The notes under the pieces were generated by a model. The model made no database searches. It saw only the letters and a program-made list of their open reading frames with translations, and was not told the DNA's origin. A stretch of DNA of 64,000 nucleotides from Armatimonadota bacterium (GTDB taxonomy: Bacteria > Armatimonadota > UBA5829 > DTLH01), in NCBI GenBank assembly GCA_039679675.1, contig JBDKUN010000065.1:40830-104829 (forward strand). The letters run 5' to 3'. The translations under genes and the position numbers were made by a program. This document shows positions 27,286 through 37,495 of the stretch, piece by piece. Each line of letters begins with the position of its first letter. The first letter of the stretch is position 1.

Positions 27286-29571
27286 ATGTCAGGGATGCGG
27301 ATGCCGGCCTGGTGGCTGCGCGTAATTGTTTCAGGAATTATTCTTTTAGGCGGACTGAACGTTGTATGGGCGGAAGAAGGGGAACAACATGACTTTGTTG
27401 AGTCGCCAGTGCCGCTCGGATACCCGGATGAACAGATTATCTTGCCCTTGAAAGGCAAGATCACCTATACGATAAAGGTCAGCGGACAGACCGTTAGGGA
27501 CGGCGGCGATGCGACCGTAACCACCGTTGCCAATATGCAGGCTACCACCACATTTGCAGGTGGAAAGACCTCAGTCGAGCGAAAGAGTTCATACAACGGC
27601 ACTTTGACTTTTACTGCCGTGTACCATGAGACCGGCGAGAAATCTACAGGTGTTGAGACCATCAGCTTTAACGATACTACCTCTTTGCCCATAAGCGAGG
27701 ATGACCTGCAGGGTATTGTCGGGCGGGTAGCTGTCAGCAAGAAGCTCGGACGGGCCTGCTTCCAGCTAATGGAAAACAATTGGTCAGTGACAGATGATGA
27801 TGCACCCACAGTCGTTCACGGCGCTGCCGGCAGCGCGACAACTCACGCCGGTTCATCCATTACTGTTCGTATTCCCTATTATGCCGCGAGTCCAGGAACG
27901 GCATTTGCCAACTTTGCCAACAAGGCTGAAGCAACCGGAATCGGAGTGAACAATACACCCTTTGCTTTTACCGAGGGAGGCGTCTTTGAAGTGCCGTGGA
28001 GTAACGGCGGCAGCAAGGGCAGCATGTCTGTACCGGTAGTGGCTGTGGTAGGTCCCGGATGTGTAATGGCAGACTCAATGCAATCGTTCAAGGCCCAGTG
28101 GGGAGATGCCTTAAAAGAAATACCTCTAATGCAGGGAACGCTTACAGTCGATTGGTCAGTCGGCGATGTGCCGGTGGAGCCAAAGATGATCATCTACCCG
28201 GTAGAGAAAGCCGTGTATCAGAAGTGGGTGCCGGTGCCGCGAATGCAGGACAACCCCAGCAACATCTATGGCTTGCCTCATCCGCTCTTGATCATGGCGG
28301 AGCTCAAGCCGCAGGAGAAGGGAAAACCTGCCCCGAAAGGACGCATCGACTTTTATCTTACTGGCGTGAGCGAGAACAAGGGCCGGTGCTGCAACTATCC
28401 GTTCGATGTGAGCAAGAAGACCGACCTGTGTTTTGCTGATGATCAGGGAGAAGGGATCGTCATCGACCCTAATGACCCAAAACACGCCTACACGAGCGAG
28501 CGCGTCTCTCAGGCGGTGGTGATAGTCGAGTCCAAAGACTGCGGTGCTTACGGCAAGTTGAAGGCAGTCTGCGATGAGCTCAACCAGACTGCACAGGAAG
28601 AAACCTCAGGAAAGCAATTCCTGGCTATACCTCGTGATGAGAACGAAAACCATGTCTCCGATGCCTGGGAAGAAGAGAATGGCATACCTAATTATGATAA
28701 GGATTGGGACGAGGAAGAAGTTGCCGGACAGGATATAAAAGGCGATGGACTCTCCCTTTACCGGGAATACAGAGGCTTCGTAGTGCTGGATGGCAGCACA
28801 CTGGCCTATAAGCGACTTTCACCCAAGGAAAAGGACCTGTTCGTTATCGACGAGAGCAACGTTTTTAACCAGCAACTCTGGAAACAGGCCTCTGGCATTA
28901 CTGCTTACCGGCTCAATAACCAGCTTGTATTCAATCGAGGAGGACTCACCATAGACCGCATCGTCGATTACAAGATGGGTGAGATCAAAGATTACCACAA
29001 ATTTGCCGTGCGGCTGGTCGTCCCGCCGGGACTGGAAGACCCTGATAAACTAAGAAACGGTTACGGCACCTATGGGTACTGCAGTAACGGCGACTGCCCG
29101 GAAGACGCCGATTATACGAAGATCTTCCCTGCGCGGCTGCGCCGCTACATCGGCCATATATACACATTCCTCGACCACGCGCTCAACCGGCCCGGTTCTG
29201 ATGAGGACAAGCAACTGCAGGCATCCGGTATTCCTCACTCGCTGGCGATGAAAGCCTTCAAGCAAATGGGCGAAGATACGCGCGAGAAACTGGTGCAGCA
29301 GATGGTCACCGTCTGCGCCATACACGAGGTCGGCCATGCGTGCGGCTTGCCGGGGCATGAGGTAACGAACTCAGACGGCAGCAGCAGCGAAAGCTCAGAG
29401 GGCAACCCTATATGCCCGATGCGCTACCCGGATGAGTCGAATGAACTTGATCTAGGCATTCTGCAGGTGCTTTTCAAGATCGATGCGCCGCTTCCGCTGC
29501 AGTACGATCACTTCTGCACCGGCGGGCAGTATAATTGCCGGAAGAAGTTGAATGTGAAGGATAAATCATAG
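27286..29571 (+). CDS. Large secreted protein with C-terminal metzincin-type Zn-metalloprotease motif
   Basis: Signal peptide; HEVGHACGLPGH plus CPMRY Met-turn; acidic Ca-binding-like segments (DENENHVSDAWE, GDGLSLYREY). Confidence 0.75.
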   Translation: MSGMRMPAWWLRVIVSGIILLGGLNVVWAEEGEQHDFVESPVPLGYPDEQIILPLKGKITYTIKVSGQTVRDGGDATVTTVANMQATTTFAGGKTSVERKSSYNGTLTFTAVYHETGEKSTGVETISFNDTTSLPISEDDLQGIVGRVAVSKKLGRACFQLMENNWSVTDDDAPTVVHGAAGSATTHAGSSITVRIPYYAASPGTAFANFANKAEATGIGVNNTPFAFTEGGVFEVPWSNGGSKGSMSVPVVAVVGPGCVMADSMQSFKAQWGDALKEIPLMQGTLTVDWSVGDVPVEPKMIIYPVEKAVYQKWVPVPRMQDNPSNIYGLPHPLLIMAELKPQEKGKPAPKGRIDFYLTGVSENKGRCCNYPFDVSKKTDLCFADDQGEGIVIDPNDPKHAYTSERVSQAVVIVESKDCGAYGKLKAVCDELNQTAQEETSGKQFLAIPRDENENHVSDAWEEENGIPNYDKDWDEEEVAGQDIKGDGLSLYREYRGFVVLDGSTLAYKRLSPKEKDLFVIDESNVFNQQLWKQASGITAYRLNNQLVFNRGGLTIDRIVDYKMGEIKDYHKFAVRLVVPPGLEDPDKLRNGYGTYGYCSNGDCPEDADYTKIFPARLRRYIGHIYTFLDHALNRPGSDEDKQLQASGIPHSLAMKAFKQMGEDTREKLVQQMVTVCAIHEVGHACGLPGHEVTNSDGSSSESSEGNPICPMRYPDESNELDLGILQVLFKIDAPLPLQYDHFCTGGQYNCRKKLNVKDKS

Positions 29572-29587
29572 TGCTATGAGATGCACC

Positions 29588-29620
29588 GAAAGCCCCGGAA
29601 TACGAAAACCGGGGCTTTTC
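29588..29620. terminator. Bidirectional intrinsic terminator
   Basis: AAAGCCCCGG-loop-CCGGGGCTTTT between convergent genes. Confidence 0.8.
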
Positions 29621-29658
29621 TGCACTATATTCCCACAAAGCACCGATTGGAGCGCCTG

Positions 29659-30471
29659 TTATTTCACTTCCCGGTCACCTTCTACAAGGCCGAAGGCATA
29701 CCACCAGTTCGTCACCGGTGATTTGCGGTAGATGACGTTCCTGACTCTGCCGCGATACTCGTAGCTCACGGTGCCGTCATTTCTCGAAAGCATCTCTCTA
29801 AACGCCCGTTTCAGCGACTCATTATTCTGCTTCATCGGTTCAAGAAAGATCAACTGCGGGTCCCAATCGAGCCCAACCAGAGGTTCAGAATTGAACGAGT
29901 AGAAGATCATCGTCTTATCGAGCGCCATTTCTTTTTCCAGCAGGCTACCGAGCTTGTCCAGGTAAACCGAGCTGCCGAGCATTCCTATGACTGCCCCATT
30001 TTTCATTACAGGCACAGCAACTATCGCGACAGCCTTGCCGGTAGATTTGCTGACAACCAGATCGCCGATAACATCCTTTCCAGCGAGCAGCCGGGGAAAA
30101 TAAGGCCGGTCCGAAAGATTCTCAGAGACATGTCCCTGCTCTACAGTCCAGTAAGCCCCATCCGGCAGCGAAAACCACATTGCCGCCGGGACACTCCTCT
30201 GCTCAACCCTCGCGAGCGGGCCTTTTATCTTGTTCCAGTCCAGAGTCCGGGCTTCTTCGGTACCGGCCAGTGTCTTGAGCGAATTTTCGATATCCTGCAG
30301 ATGCCCGTCACTGATCGACATCAACGAAGCAAGCACGACTCTGCCGTCCACGCGTATCGAAACATTATTTGCCTGTGCAAACTTCGGCATGATGCATGCC
30401 AGAATCGATGCAACCACAGCCACCGCCGGGAAATACCTTGCGATCCTGCAGCTTGCTGTCCGGTTAGTCAT
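29659..30471 (-). CDS. Exported stand-alone Cache-domain protein
   Basis: NLSDRPYF, LVVSKSTGK.VAIVAVPV; signal peptide; no output domain. Confidence 0.75.
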   Translation of the reverse strand: MTNRTASCRIARYFPAVAVVASILACIMPKFAQANNVSIRVDGRVVLASLMSISDGHLQDIENSLKTLAGTEEARTLDWNKIKGPLARVEQRSVPAAMWFSLPDGAYWTVEQGHVSENLSDRPYFPRLLAGKDVIGDLVVSKSTGKAVAIVAVPVMKNGAVIGMLGSSVYLDKLGSLLEKEMALDKTMIFYSFNSEPLVGLDWDPQLIFLEPMKQNNESLKRAFREMLSRNDGTVSYEYRGRVRNVIYRKSPVTNWWYAFGLVEGDREVK

Positions 30472-30493
30472 TTCAACCCTCCATTTTATTGAA

Positions 30494-31648
30494 TCATCCC
30501 AATATCCCAAGCACTCTGGCAACGATCTCGTCAAATGGAAGAGTCGCGAAATACACCAGTATCATGGGGATAGCTGCCAGAAGCGCAATGACAATAACCG
30601 TCTTGTTGTCTGCGGCTACGATACGCATGTTCTGCACAATATCGAAGCTGTTTGCAAGGTCCGCCAGAGACTGGATATCCGAGCTGCCCAGGACTGTTTC
30701 ATCCTCAGGATGCAGTCCGCCGATCCATTTTTGATCGAACAACTTCGCATAATCCTCACCGAGGTCTCCATACTTCAGTATGCCGTTTGCCCTCAGCGCT
30801 ACCAGCTTGCCGGTGAACACGAAAACCGGTGCGATTATGACCAGAACCGCGAGGGCTACATATACGGCCATAATACCTGTAGCATTTGCAAGAACCAGCC
30901 CCCGGTAGGTTATGTGGTTCAACAGTGATGTGGAAATAACCGCGCCGCAGGCGAAACCTATCATGCCGAACGGTATCTGGGCAAGCCCAAGGAAACCCAG
31001 CCCCCCCATCCTGTCCGGGTGGATCGGCACCAACTGTAAATCAAGCCTCGAAATCCTCCAGAGCAGGCCTGTCCATATCGCCAGCCTCCAAATCCACCTT
31101 ATCAACAAGAATTGGAAGACCGGCAGGCTCACGAGGACGTAATACCAGCCTGCCGGAGTGATTTTGCCGCCTGCATAGTACCACGTATTCATCGAAGCCG
31201 GTAATATAATCTGTGAGCGGACCCCAATACTGGAGTAAATGAGCGCAAGGATGATGATTTCCGCTAAAACCGAGTTCTTTTGCGCTGTCGCATCTCGGAC
31301 GGCGGAAGATAAAAGAGGCATATCCTCTTCGCGAGTGAGATCCGTCTTGATAAACTGCTCCAGCGCATCCCGCGTCCTCCTGCCTATCGGCATTTCCGCA
31401 ATCACAAGGACCGGAATAGCAATCAAAATCCGGCCGTATACGCCGTAATCCCGAAAAAATGAGATGTCTACGGCAGCCGGACCGTATATTGCCCATAGAA
31501 TGAGCAGCGGAAACCAGGCAAGTATCATCAACATGAATGCGCGGACGGCTACACGGCCAGCCATCCCGGTACGCCGTGACAGGGTGTGGAAAAGCCCGCC
31601 AGTGGACAGCGAGAACTCATTCAGTTCCTGTTGTTCCGGTGATTCCAT
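30494..31648 (-). CDS. Conserved multi-TM hypothetical protein
   Basis: HPDRMGGLGFL and DIQSLADLANSF motifs; probable start MESPE. Confidence 0.75.
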   Translation of the reverse strand: MESPEQQELNEFSLSTGGLFHTLSRRTGMAGRVAVRAFMLMILAWFPLLILWAIYGPAAVDISFFRDYGVYGRILIAIPVLVIAEMPIGRRTRDALEQFIKTDLTREEDMPLLSSAVRDATAQKNSVLAEIIILALIYSSIGVRSQIILPASMNTWYYAGGKITPAGWYYVLVSLPVFQFLLIRWIWRLAIWTGLLWRISRLDLQLVPIHPDRMGGLGFLGLAQIPFGMIGFACGAVISTSLLNHITYRGLVLANATGIMAVYVALAVLVIIAPVFVFTGKLVALRANGILKYGDLGEDYAKLFDQKWIGGLHPEDETVLGSSDIQSLADLANSFDIVQNMRIVAADNKTVIVIALLAAIPMILVYFATLPFDEIVARVLGILG

Positions 31649-32010
31649 CTGGTGGCGATCCTGTTCGTTATTCCCCTGGCGAGAGCATAAGGAAGACCGA
31701 TCAATAACAGGCCGACGATAATTGCCGGAATAAGACGCACTCGTTCGAAAATGAAATACTGCAGGATAAGATCGATTATGACACCGATGATAAACGGTTT
31801 GAGGATATGCTGTAAGGTCAGCGCCCACAGCTCGCCACGGCGGTCAGGACGGAATATCAATCCAATAAAATAAGGAGGCTCACCTGCTTTCGCATCTATC
31901 AATCCATCACGGACACCCAGCGCGATTGCAACGACAGGCTATATGATGAAACGGAGCCGTCCCGGCCCGCCAAGTCTTTTTGCCGCACCCTCAGCGATTT
32001 GAAGAAACAC
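31621..32010 (-). pseudogene. Small membrane protein (GPGxxRFIxQP family) with in-frame TAG at codon 24
   Basis: AAGGAG RBS plus GTG; reads RFII*PVVAIALGVRDG, TAG at 31939-31941. Confidence 0.75.
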
Positions 32011-32086
32011 CTTAGTCCGCTCCTTTCAGGCTTTGCTTACCCGCTGCCATATGCGGTGAAACTCATTACAGGAGCGTAAGTTCGGC

Positions 32087-32124
32087 TTGACATATATCGA
32101 ATATTTGGCTAAAATACCAAATGT
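32087..32124 (+). promoter_or_regulatory. Promoter overlapped by an ArsR/SmtB-type operator
   Basis: TTGACA-17-TAAAAT; inverted repeat ATTTGG-N8-CCAAAT; related box at 32474-32503. Confidence 0.7.
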
Positions 32125-32138
32125 AGGGTGCAATTGAA

Positions 32139-32456
32139 ATGAAGAACAGAGAAAAATACAAAGCACGGGCGAAGATTATAAAGGCACTCGCTCACCCAAG
32201 CAGACTGATGATGATCGACTCACTTGCTGAAGGTGAAAAATGCGTCTGTGAGCTGCGTGATCTTGTCGGATCGGACATCTCGACCGTCTCGAAGCATCTG
32301 ACGCTGATGAAAGAAGCTGGGCTGGTAGAAGACAGGAAGGTGGGGCAGCAGGTGTATTACAAACTGCGCGTACCCTGCATTATGAATTTCTTCAGTTGTA
32401 TAGAAGCTGTAATGGAATCCAAAGCTAAAGAGCAAATATCCCTGGTCGGTAAATAG
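32139..32456 (+). CDS. ArsR/SmtB family metalloregulator
   Basis: KALAHPSRL, EKCVCEL, STVSKHL. Confidence 0.93.
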   Translation: MKNREKYKARAKIIKALAHPSRLMMIDSLAEGEKCVCELRDLVGSDISTVSKHLTLMKEAGLVEDRKVGQQVYYKLRVPCIMNFFSCIEAVMESKAKEQISLVGK

Positions 32457-32528
32457 AGTATATTTTTTGAGTTATATTTGGTTATATGGCAAAATCGCCA
32501 ATAAAATAATATGTAAGGAGATAAGACT

Positions 32529-32765
32529 ATGAAAAAGAAGCTGCAGATTCTAGGCACAGGATGTCCCAAATGCATGAAGCTGGCGGAACTCACCGAAGAA
32601 GCCGCTAAAGAGCTGGGCATCGAGTATGAAATCGAGAAAGTAAACGACATTAAAAAGATAATGGAGTTCGGTGTCATGATGACCCCTGCGCTGGCCGTCG
32701 ATGGCGAAGTAAAAGTCGCCGGCAGGGTTCCGAACATCGAAGAGATAAAGAAGATGCTTGCATAA
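32529..32765 (+). CDS. Small redox-active disulfide protein (thioredoxin family, MTH895-like)
   Basis: ILGTGCPKC, GVMMTPALAVDG. Confidence 0.9.
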   Translation: MKKKLQILGTGCPKCMKLAELTEEAAKELGIEYEIEKVNDIKKIMEFGVMMTPALAVDGEVKVAGRVPNIEEIKKMLA

Positions 32766-32784
32766 GCGGTATCTCGATACATAA

Positions 32785-33273
32785 ATGGAGTTAACCGGAA
32801 TGAAAAACAATAACTGCTGCTCAGCATCGAGCACAACGACTGTCCTTGCCTGCTCAGGCGGCTCGAATGTCGGACAGATTGCTAATGAAGCCGCCAAACT
32901 GCTCGATACTGCCGGTGAGGCTAAATTCTTCTGTCTCGCCGGAGTTGGGGGACATATCAGCGGAATGATAGCATCGGTTGAAGGATGCAACAAGGTGCTG
33001 GTATTGGATGGTTGCCCGGTGGCTTGCGCCAAGAAAGCCATGGATGCGGCTAATATCAAAGGCTATACACACATTACCGTCACCAATCTCGGCATTGAAA
33101 AGGTCCATGATTTTAAATTGTCCGATGAACAAATAAATCAAGTACTATCAGCATGCAGGGCTGAGATAAACGGCTCATCGACACTTAAGGAGAATTCAAA
33201 TGAAACAAAATTGGTGGAAACTTCTGGTGATAGTGGTTCTTGTCGTGGTGGTGGGTGTTGTTCTTGCGAATAA
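32785..33273 (+). CDS. DGC-domain putative Zn-binding protein with Cys-rich tail
   Basis: ACSGGSNVGQ, CLAGVG, LDGCPVACA. Confidence 0.85.
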   Translation: MELTGMKNNNCCSASSTTTVLACSGGSNVGQIANEAAKLLDTAGEAKFFCLAGVGGHISGMIASVEGCNKVLVLDGCPVACAKKAMDAANIKGYTHITVTNLGIEKVHDFKLSDEQINQVLSACRAEINGSSTLKENSNETKLVETSGDSGSCRGGGCCSCE

Positions 33274-33613
33274 GGAAAAACCGAAAGCTGAAACAGCGGT
33301 CAAACCTGTTGCTGCAAAAGAACAACAGAAAAGCCTCCCCAAAATGATGGAGCTTGGCGCTGAGAAGTGTGTGCCGTGCAAGATGATGATGCCGATTGTC
33401 GAGGAGCTTCAGAAAGAATATAAAAACAAATTGGAAGTTGTGTTTATCGATGTCTTAAAAAACAGCGCTGCAATCGATAAATATGACATTAAGAGCATCC
33501 CAACACAGATATTTTTCGATAAGAGCGGCAAGGAATTCTTCCGCCATACTGGTTTCTTCTCTAAAAAAGACGTGCTAAAGACCTTCGCGGAGCATGGTAT
33601 CAAGCTCGACTAA
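33200..33613 (+). CDS. Membrane-anchored thioredoxin
   Basis: N-terminal TM; CVPC; IPTQIFFD. Confidence 0.88.
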   Translation: MKQNWWKLLVIVVLVVVVGVVLANKEKPKAETAVKPVAAKEQQKSLPKMMELGAEKCVPCKMMMPIVEELQKEYKNKLEVVFIDVLKNSAAIDKYDIKSIPTQIFFDKSGKEFFRHTGFFSKKDVLKTFAEHGIKLD

Positions 33614-33637
33614 ACGAGGAACCGGGAGTCAAATAGT

Positions 33638-34333
33638 TTGGAACAGATTTGGATAACTCTTACCAAAGCGGTGGAAAGCTCAGCACTGATCGCGTTGAGC
33701 GCATCACTCGTGTGGGGAATCCTGAGTGTAGTGCTCAGTCCATGTCACCTGTCAAGCATTCCCCTTATCGTGGGATTCATCAGTGACCTGGGAAAGCTGT
33801 CTACACGCAAGGCTTTTTGGATCTCTTTGATGTTCGGCCTGGGGATTCTAATGACAATCGCACTGATCGGTGTGGCAACTGCCGCAATGGGACGGTTAAT
33901 GGGAGATGTCGGGAGATACGGCAATTACGCTGTGTCCATAATTTTCTTTTTGGTCGGGCTGCACCTTCTGGACATTATCCCGATGCCATTTTCAGGCCCA
34001 GCGGGCATCGGTATGAAGCGGCGCGGGATGCTTGCAGCCTTCATCCTTGGGCTCGTCTTTGGAGTTGCGCTCGGTCCCTGCACATTTGCTTATATGGCTC
34101 CGGTGCTTGCAGCGAGTTTCAAGGCGGCATCCACGAACCTTCTATATGGAATTCTGCTGCTGGCTTTTTACGGTGTAGGGCATTCAGCAGTAATAGTGGC
34201 AGCGGGAACATCAACCGAAGCCGTGCAGCGCTATTTGAACTGGAACGAAAAATCGCACGGAGCGACTATTGTCAAGCGCATATGCGGCGCATTGGTAATT
34301 CTCGGCGGAGTTTATCTGATCTACAGAGCATAA
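33638..34333 (+). CDS. ccdA: CcdA/DsbD-beta thiol:disulfide transporter
   Basis: LSPCHL and LGPCT motifs; six TM helices. Confidence 0.85.
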   Translation: MEQIWITLTKAVESSALIALSASLVWGILSVVLSPCHLSSIPLIVGFISDLGKLSTRKAFWISLMFGLGILMTIALIGVATAAMGRLMGDVGRYGNYAVSIIFFLVGLHLLDIIPMPFSGPAGIGMKRRGMLAAFILGLVFGVALGPCTFAYMAPVLAASFKAASTNLLYGILLLAFYGVGHSAVIVAAGTSTEAVQRYLNWNEKSHGATIVKRICGALVILGGVYLIYRA

Positions 34334-34359
34334 TAATACGATAACAGGAGGAAGCTGCT

Positions 34360-35421
34360 GTGGCAGCAACAAATCGAGACCATAAAACTATAAATACGGC
34401 CAAATTACGCAGCCTCCAGCTTTTAAGGTTTGCAGTATTCGCGGCTGCCTGGTATGGAATCTATTGTTTTCTGCAGCCCGCTGCAGACTGGCTTACATAT
34501 TCCCTCTTCGGATTCTCGAAGTTCAATCACATCGGAATGGCCGTGAACTTCTTCATCTTTGAGACTCCCAAAGTCCTGATGCTTCTGGTCCTGGTAGTAT
34601 TCGGGATCGGCATCATCCGGTCTTATTTCACGCCCGAACGCACCAGGCAGATACTCGCGGGAAAAAGGGAATCCGTGGGTAATGTGATGGCCGCAATGCT
34701 CGGCATCGTGACGCCGTTTTGCTCATGTTCGGCCGTACCGCTTTTCATAGGGTTTGTACAGGCAGGGGTGCCGCTTGGAGTTACGCTTTCGTTTCTCATA
34801 GCTGCGCCCATGATAAACGAGGTTGCCGTTGTCCTCCTGTTCGGCATGTTCGGCTGGAAAGTTGCAGCCGTTTATGTCACAACAGGGCTGTTTATTGCGA
34901 TTTTCGCAGGCTGGATAATCGGAAGGCTCAAGCTGGAAAGGTTCGTCGAAGACTGGGTCTACGAGATGCAGATGAGTCAGAGCAATCTTGAGACACAGAA
35001 TATAGCCTGGGCGGAACGTGTCGATGCGGGAAAGACCGCTGTGCGGGAGATCGTCGGCAAGGTCTGGCCATATGTCATCGCGGGGATCGCAGTCGGCGCG
35101 GGAATCCATGGCTATGTGCCGGAAGGACTGCTGGCATCGTTTATGGGTAAGAGCGCGTGGTGGAGTGTTCCGCTTGCAGTCATCCTGGGTGTCCCCATGT
35201 ACTCGAACGCTGCAGGTATCATACCGGTTGTGAGCGCGCTCATCGAAAAAGGCGCGGCACTTGGAACAGTCCTGGCATTTATGATGTCCGTTATTGGGCT
35301 GTCGCTGCCGGAGATGATAATACTTCGCAAAGTGCTGAAGATCAGGCTAATCGCAGTGTTCGTCGGTGTCGTCGCTGCGGGTATCCTCGTAGTCGGATAC
35401 CTGTTCAACCTCATATTCTGA
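34360..35421 (+). CDS. ArsP/DUF318 family permease
   Basis: TPFCSCSAVP, APMINE, GVPMY, LSLPE. Confidence 0.88.
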   Translation: MAATNRDHKTINTAKLRSLQLLRFAVFAAAWYGIYCFLQPAADWLTYSLFGFSKFNHIGMAVNFFIFETPKVLMLLVLVVFGIGIIRSYFTPERTRQILAGKRESVGNVMAAMLGIVTPFCSCSAVPLFIGFVQAGVPLGVTLSFLIAAPMINEVAVVLLFGMFGWKVAAVYVTTGLFIAIFAGWIIGRLKLERFVEDWVYEMQMSQSNLETQNIAWAERVDAGKTAVREIVGKVWPYVIAGIAVGAGIHGYVPEGLLASFMGKSAWWSVPLAVILGVPMYSNAAGIIPVVSALIEKGAALGTVLAFMMSVIGLSLPEMIILRKVLKIRLIAVFVGVVAAGILVVGYLFNLIF

Positions 35422-35433
35422 TGCGTCAACACC

Positions 35434-36537
35434 TCACCCCAGCCGTTTTTGGAACCTCGCGGCGGCAATAGTGAGAATCACTACACCGAGGCCGATGAGG
35501 ATGAAGACCTGCTGCCAAAGTTCGCTCCAACCTGCTCCCCGTATGATAATCCCGCGCAGTATCTCAAGAAAATAAGTGACTGGAATTATAGTCGTAATTG
35601 GGTAGATGAGAGCTGGCATGCTCTCGCGTGGAAAAACGAACCCCGACAATAAGACCGAGGGCATAATAATAAGAAACGACGCTTGGAAAGCTTGCACCTG
35701 GCTTTGCGCAAATGTGGAGATGAGCAGACCGAGCCCCAGCCCGGAAAAGAGAAAGACCGGCGCAACCGCTGCAAGAAGAAGTATGCTTCCGTGGATCGGG
35801 ACGGCGAAAACAGTCCACATGAAGAGAAGAACGATAGCGATTTCCAAGAGCCCTAACACCGCGTACGGCACGAGCTTACCTATCATAAGCCCAAATCGCC
35901 CTACTGGAGTTACCAGAAGCTGCTCTAGCGTCCCATTCTCTTTCTCGCGGACAATGGACAGTGCCGTAAGCATCATAAGAACAATCTGCATTATGATCCC
36001 GACCAGTCCCGGCACGAAGAAGTTCGCACTCCGCATATCTGGGTTGAAAAGGACCCTCGGCCGAACGTCGATCAATGGAGCAGCAGTTCGCCCTACTATC
36101 TCGCTGGAAAACTGTAGTCCAAGCGATAAGGCCGCGCTCTGAGCTCTCGATGCCACCTGTGAGTCGGAACCGTCTATCAGCACCAAAACCTGCGAGCCTG
36201 TCCCCCTGGCTACTTTTTCACTGAAGTCGGGAGGGATTTTAATCCCTACATGCGCGCGCCCGCTGACAATCTCATCCCGAAGCGCCTGATCTGAGCCCAC
36301 ATAATCTACCACATCAAAGTATTGGGTCGCAGTAAACCTGTCTATGAGATCGCGGCTCGCAGTCCTCTGGTCTTGGTTCAAGACAGCGGTCGGAATGTGC
36401 TTCACGTCCGTATCCAGCGCATAACCGAAGATAATGAGCTGAATTAAAGGAATGAAAAGTGCAAAAACGATGGTGCTCGGCTCGCGCAGAACGTGGATGA
36501 ACTCCTTGGCGGCGATGGCTCTCAACCCTCTAAACAT
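35434..36537 (-). CDS. ABC-2 exporter permease (YbhR/YbhS-like)
   Basis: KEFIHVLR, SIVREKENGTLEQLLVTP. Confidence 0.9.
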   Translation of the reverse strand: MFRGLRAIAAKEFIHVLREPSTIVFALFIPLIQLIIFGYALDTDVKHIPTAVLNQDQRTASRDLIDRFTATQYFDVVDYVGSDQALRDEIVSGRAHVGIKIPPDFSEKVARGTGSQVLVLIDGSDSQVASRAQSAALSLGLQFSSEIVGRTAAPLIDVRPRVLFNPDMRSANFFVPGLVGIIMQIVLMMLTALSIVREKENGTLEQLLVTPVGRFGLMIGKLVPYAVLGLLEIAIVLLFMWTVFAVPIHGSILLLAAVAPVFLFSGLGLGLLISTFAQSQVQAFQASFLIIMPSVLLSGFVFPRESMPALIYPITTIIPVTYFLEILRGIIIRGAGWSELWQQVFILIGLGVVILTIAAARFQKRLG

Positions 36538-37495
36538 TGTCTCCGCCTCCCAACTGTTCCGTTATGGAAACGAAGACATCCTCCAGCGTAGCTGACATAC
36601 CGTTTATCCGGCTTACATTGATTCCTTTCTCGCTCAAAGCTTGAACAACTGATGAGGGCTCCAGCGTTCGGTCAACAAGGAGATGAATCGCCTCACCAAA
36701 GAAGGTCGATGACCTGACACCACGTAAATTTCTCGCTACCTGAAGCGCCTTGGTCGGATTGTCGCTGACAATTTCGATTCTTTTGGTGTCTGGCGGCGTG
36801 ACACCCGGAAGAAGCTTCAGCTCAGAGGGCTTCCCTAGTGCAATCAGCCTGGAGAGATAAATATACCCGACATCAGTACAGCGTTCGGCCTCGTCCATAT
36901 AGTGAGTGGTCACAAAAAGCGTGTGACCACTGGCTGATAGTTTAAAAAGCAGGTCCCAGAGCCGCCTTCTCGCTACCGGATCGATTCCAGCCGTCGGCTC
37001 GTCGAGAAAAAGTATTCCGGGTTCGTGGATCATGGAGCATGCGAGAGCAAGCCGCTGCCTCCAGCCGCCTGAAAGCATCCCCGCGCGCTGTGACATTCGG
37101 CTCGTTATGCCGACAACTTCCATAACTTCAGTTTTCCGCCTCTGAAGCCGTTCCCGGTTGAGTCCATATATAGAGCCGTAAAAACTGAGGTTTTCGTCCA
37201 CAGTCAGATCGCGGTACAAGCTGAACTGCTGGGACATATAGCCGATTCGGGGCTTCACACGGTCGGGGTAACTTACAACATCGATGCCGTCCAGTGTTGC
37301 GGTGCCGGATGTAGGAGCCAGAAGCCCGCAGAGCATGCGGATTACGGTCGATTTGCCGCTGCCATTGGGGCCAAGAAAGCCGAAAATGGCTCCGCGCGAG
37401 ACCTGGAAGCTCACATCCTTAACGGCTGTCAGGTCGCCGAACTTTCTGGTCAGATTGCTGCAGACGATGGCTGCATCCGGCTGTAAATTGTTCAC
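36530..37495 (-). CDS. ABC exporter ATP-binding subunit
   Basis: GPNGSGKS, LSGG, FLDEPT. Confidence 0.93.
   Translation of the reverse strand: MNNLQPDAAIVCSNLTRKFGDLTAVKDVSFQVSRGAIFGFLGPNGSGKSTVIRMLCGLLAPTSGTATLDGIDVVSYPDRVKPRIGYMSQQFSLYRDLTVDENLSFYGSIYGLNRERLQRRKTEVMEVVGITSRMSQRAGMLSGGWRQRLALACSMIHEPGILFLDEPTAGIDPVARRRLWDLLFKLSASGHTLFVTTHYMDEAERCTDVGYIYLSRLIALGKPSELKLLPGVTPPDTKRIEIVSDNPTKALQVARNLRGVRSSTFFGEAIHLLVDRTLEPSSVVQALSEKGINVSRINGMSATLEDVFVSITEQLGGGDNV

Noticed and set aside
32785..35421. Selenocysteine recoding in the DGC, thioredoxin or ArsP genes
   Set aside because: All redox motifs are encoded by Cys codons in uninterrupted frames.
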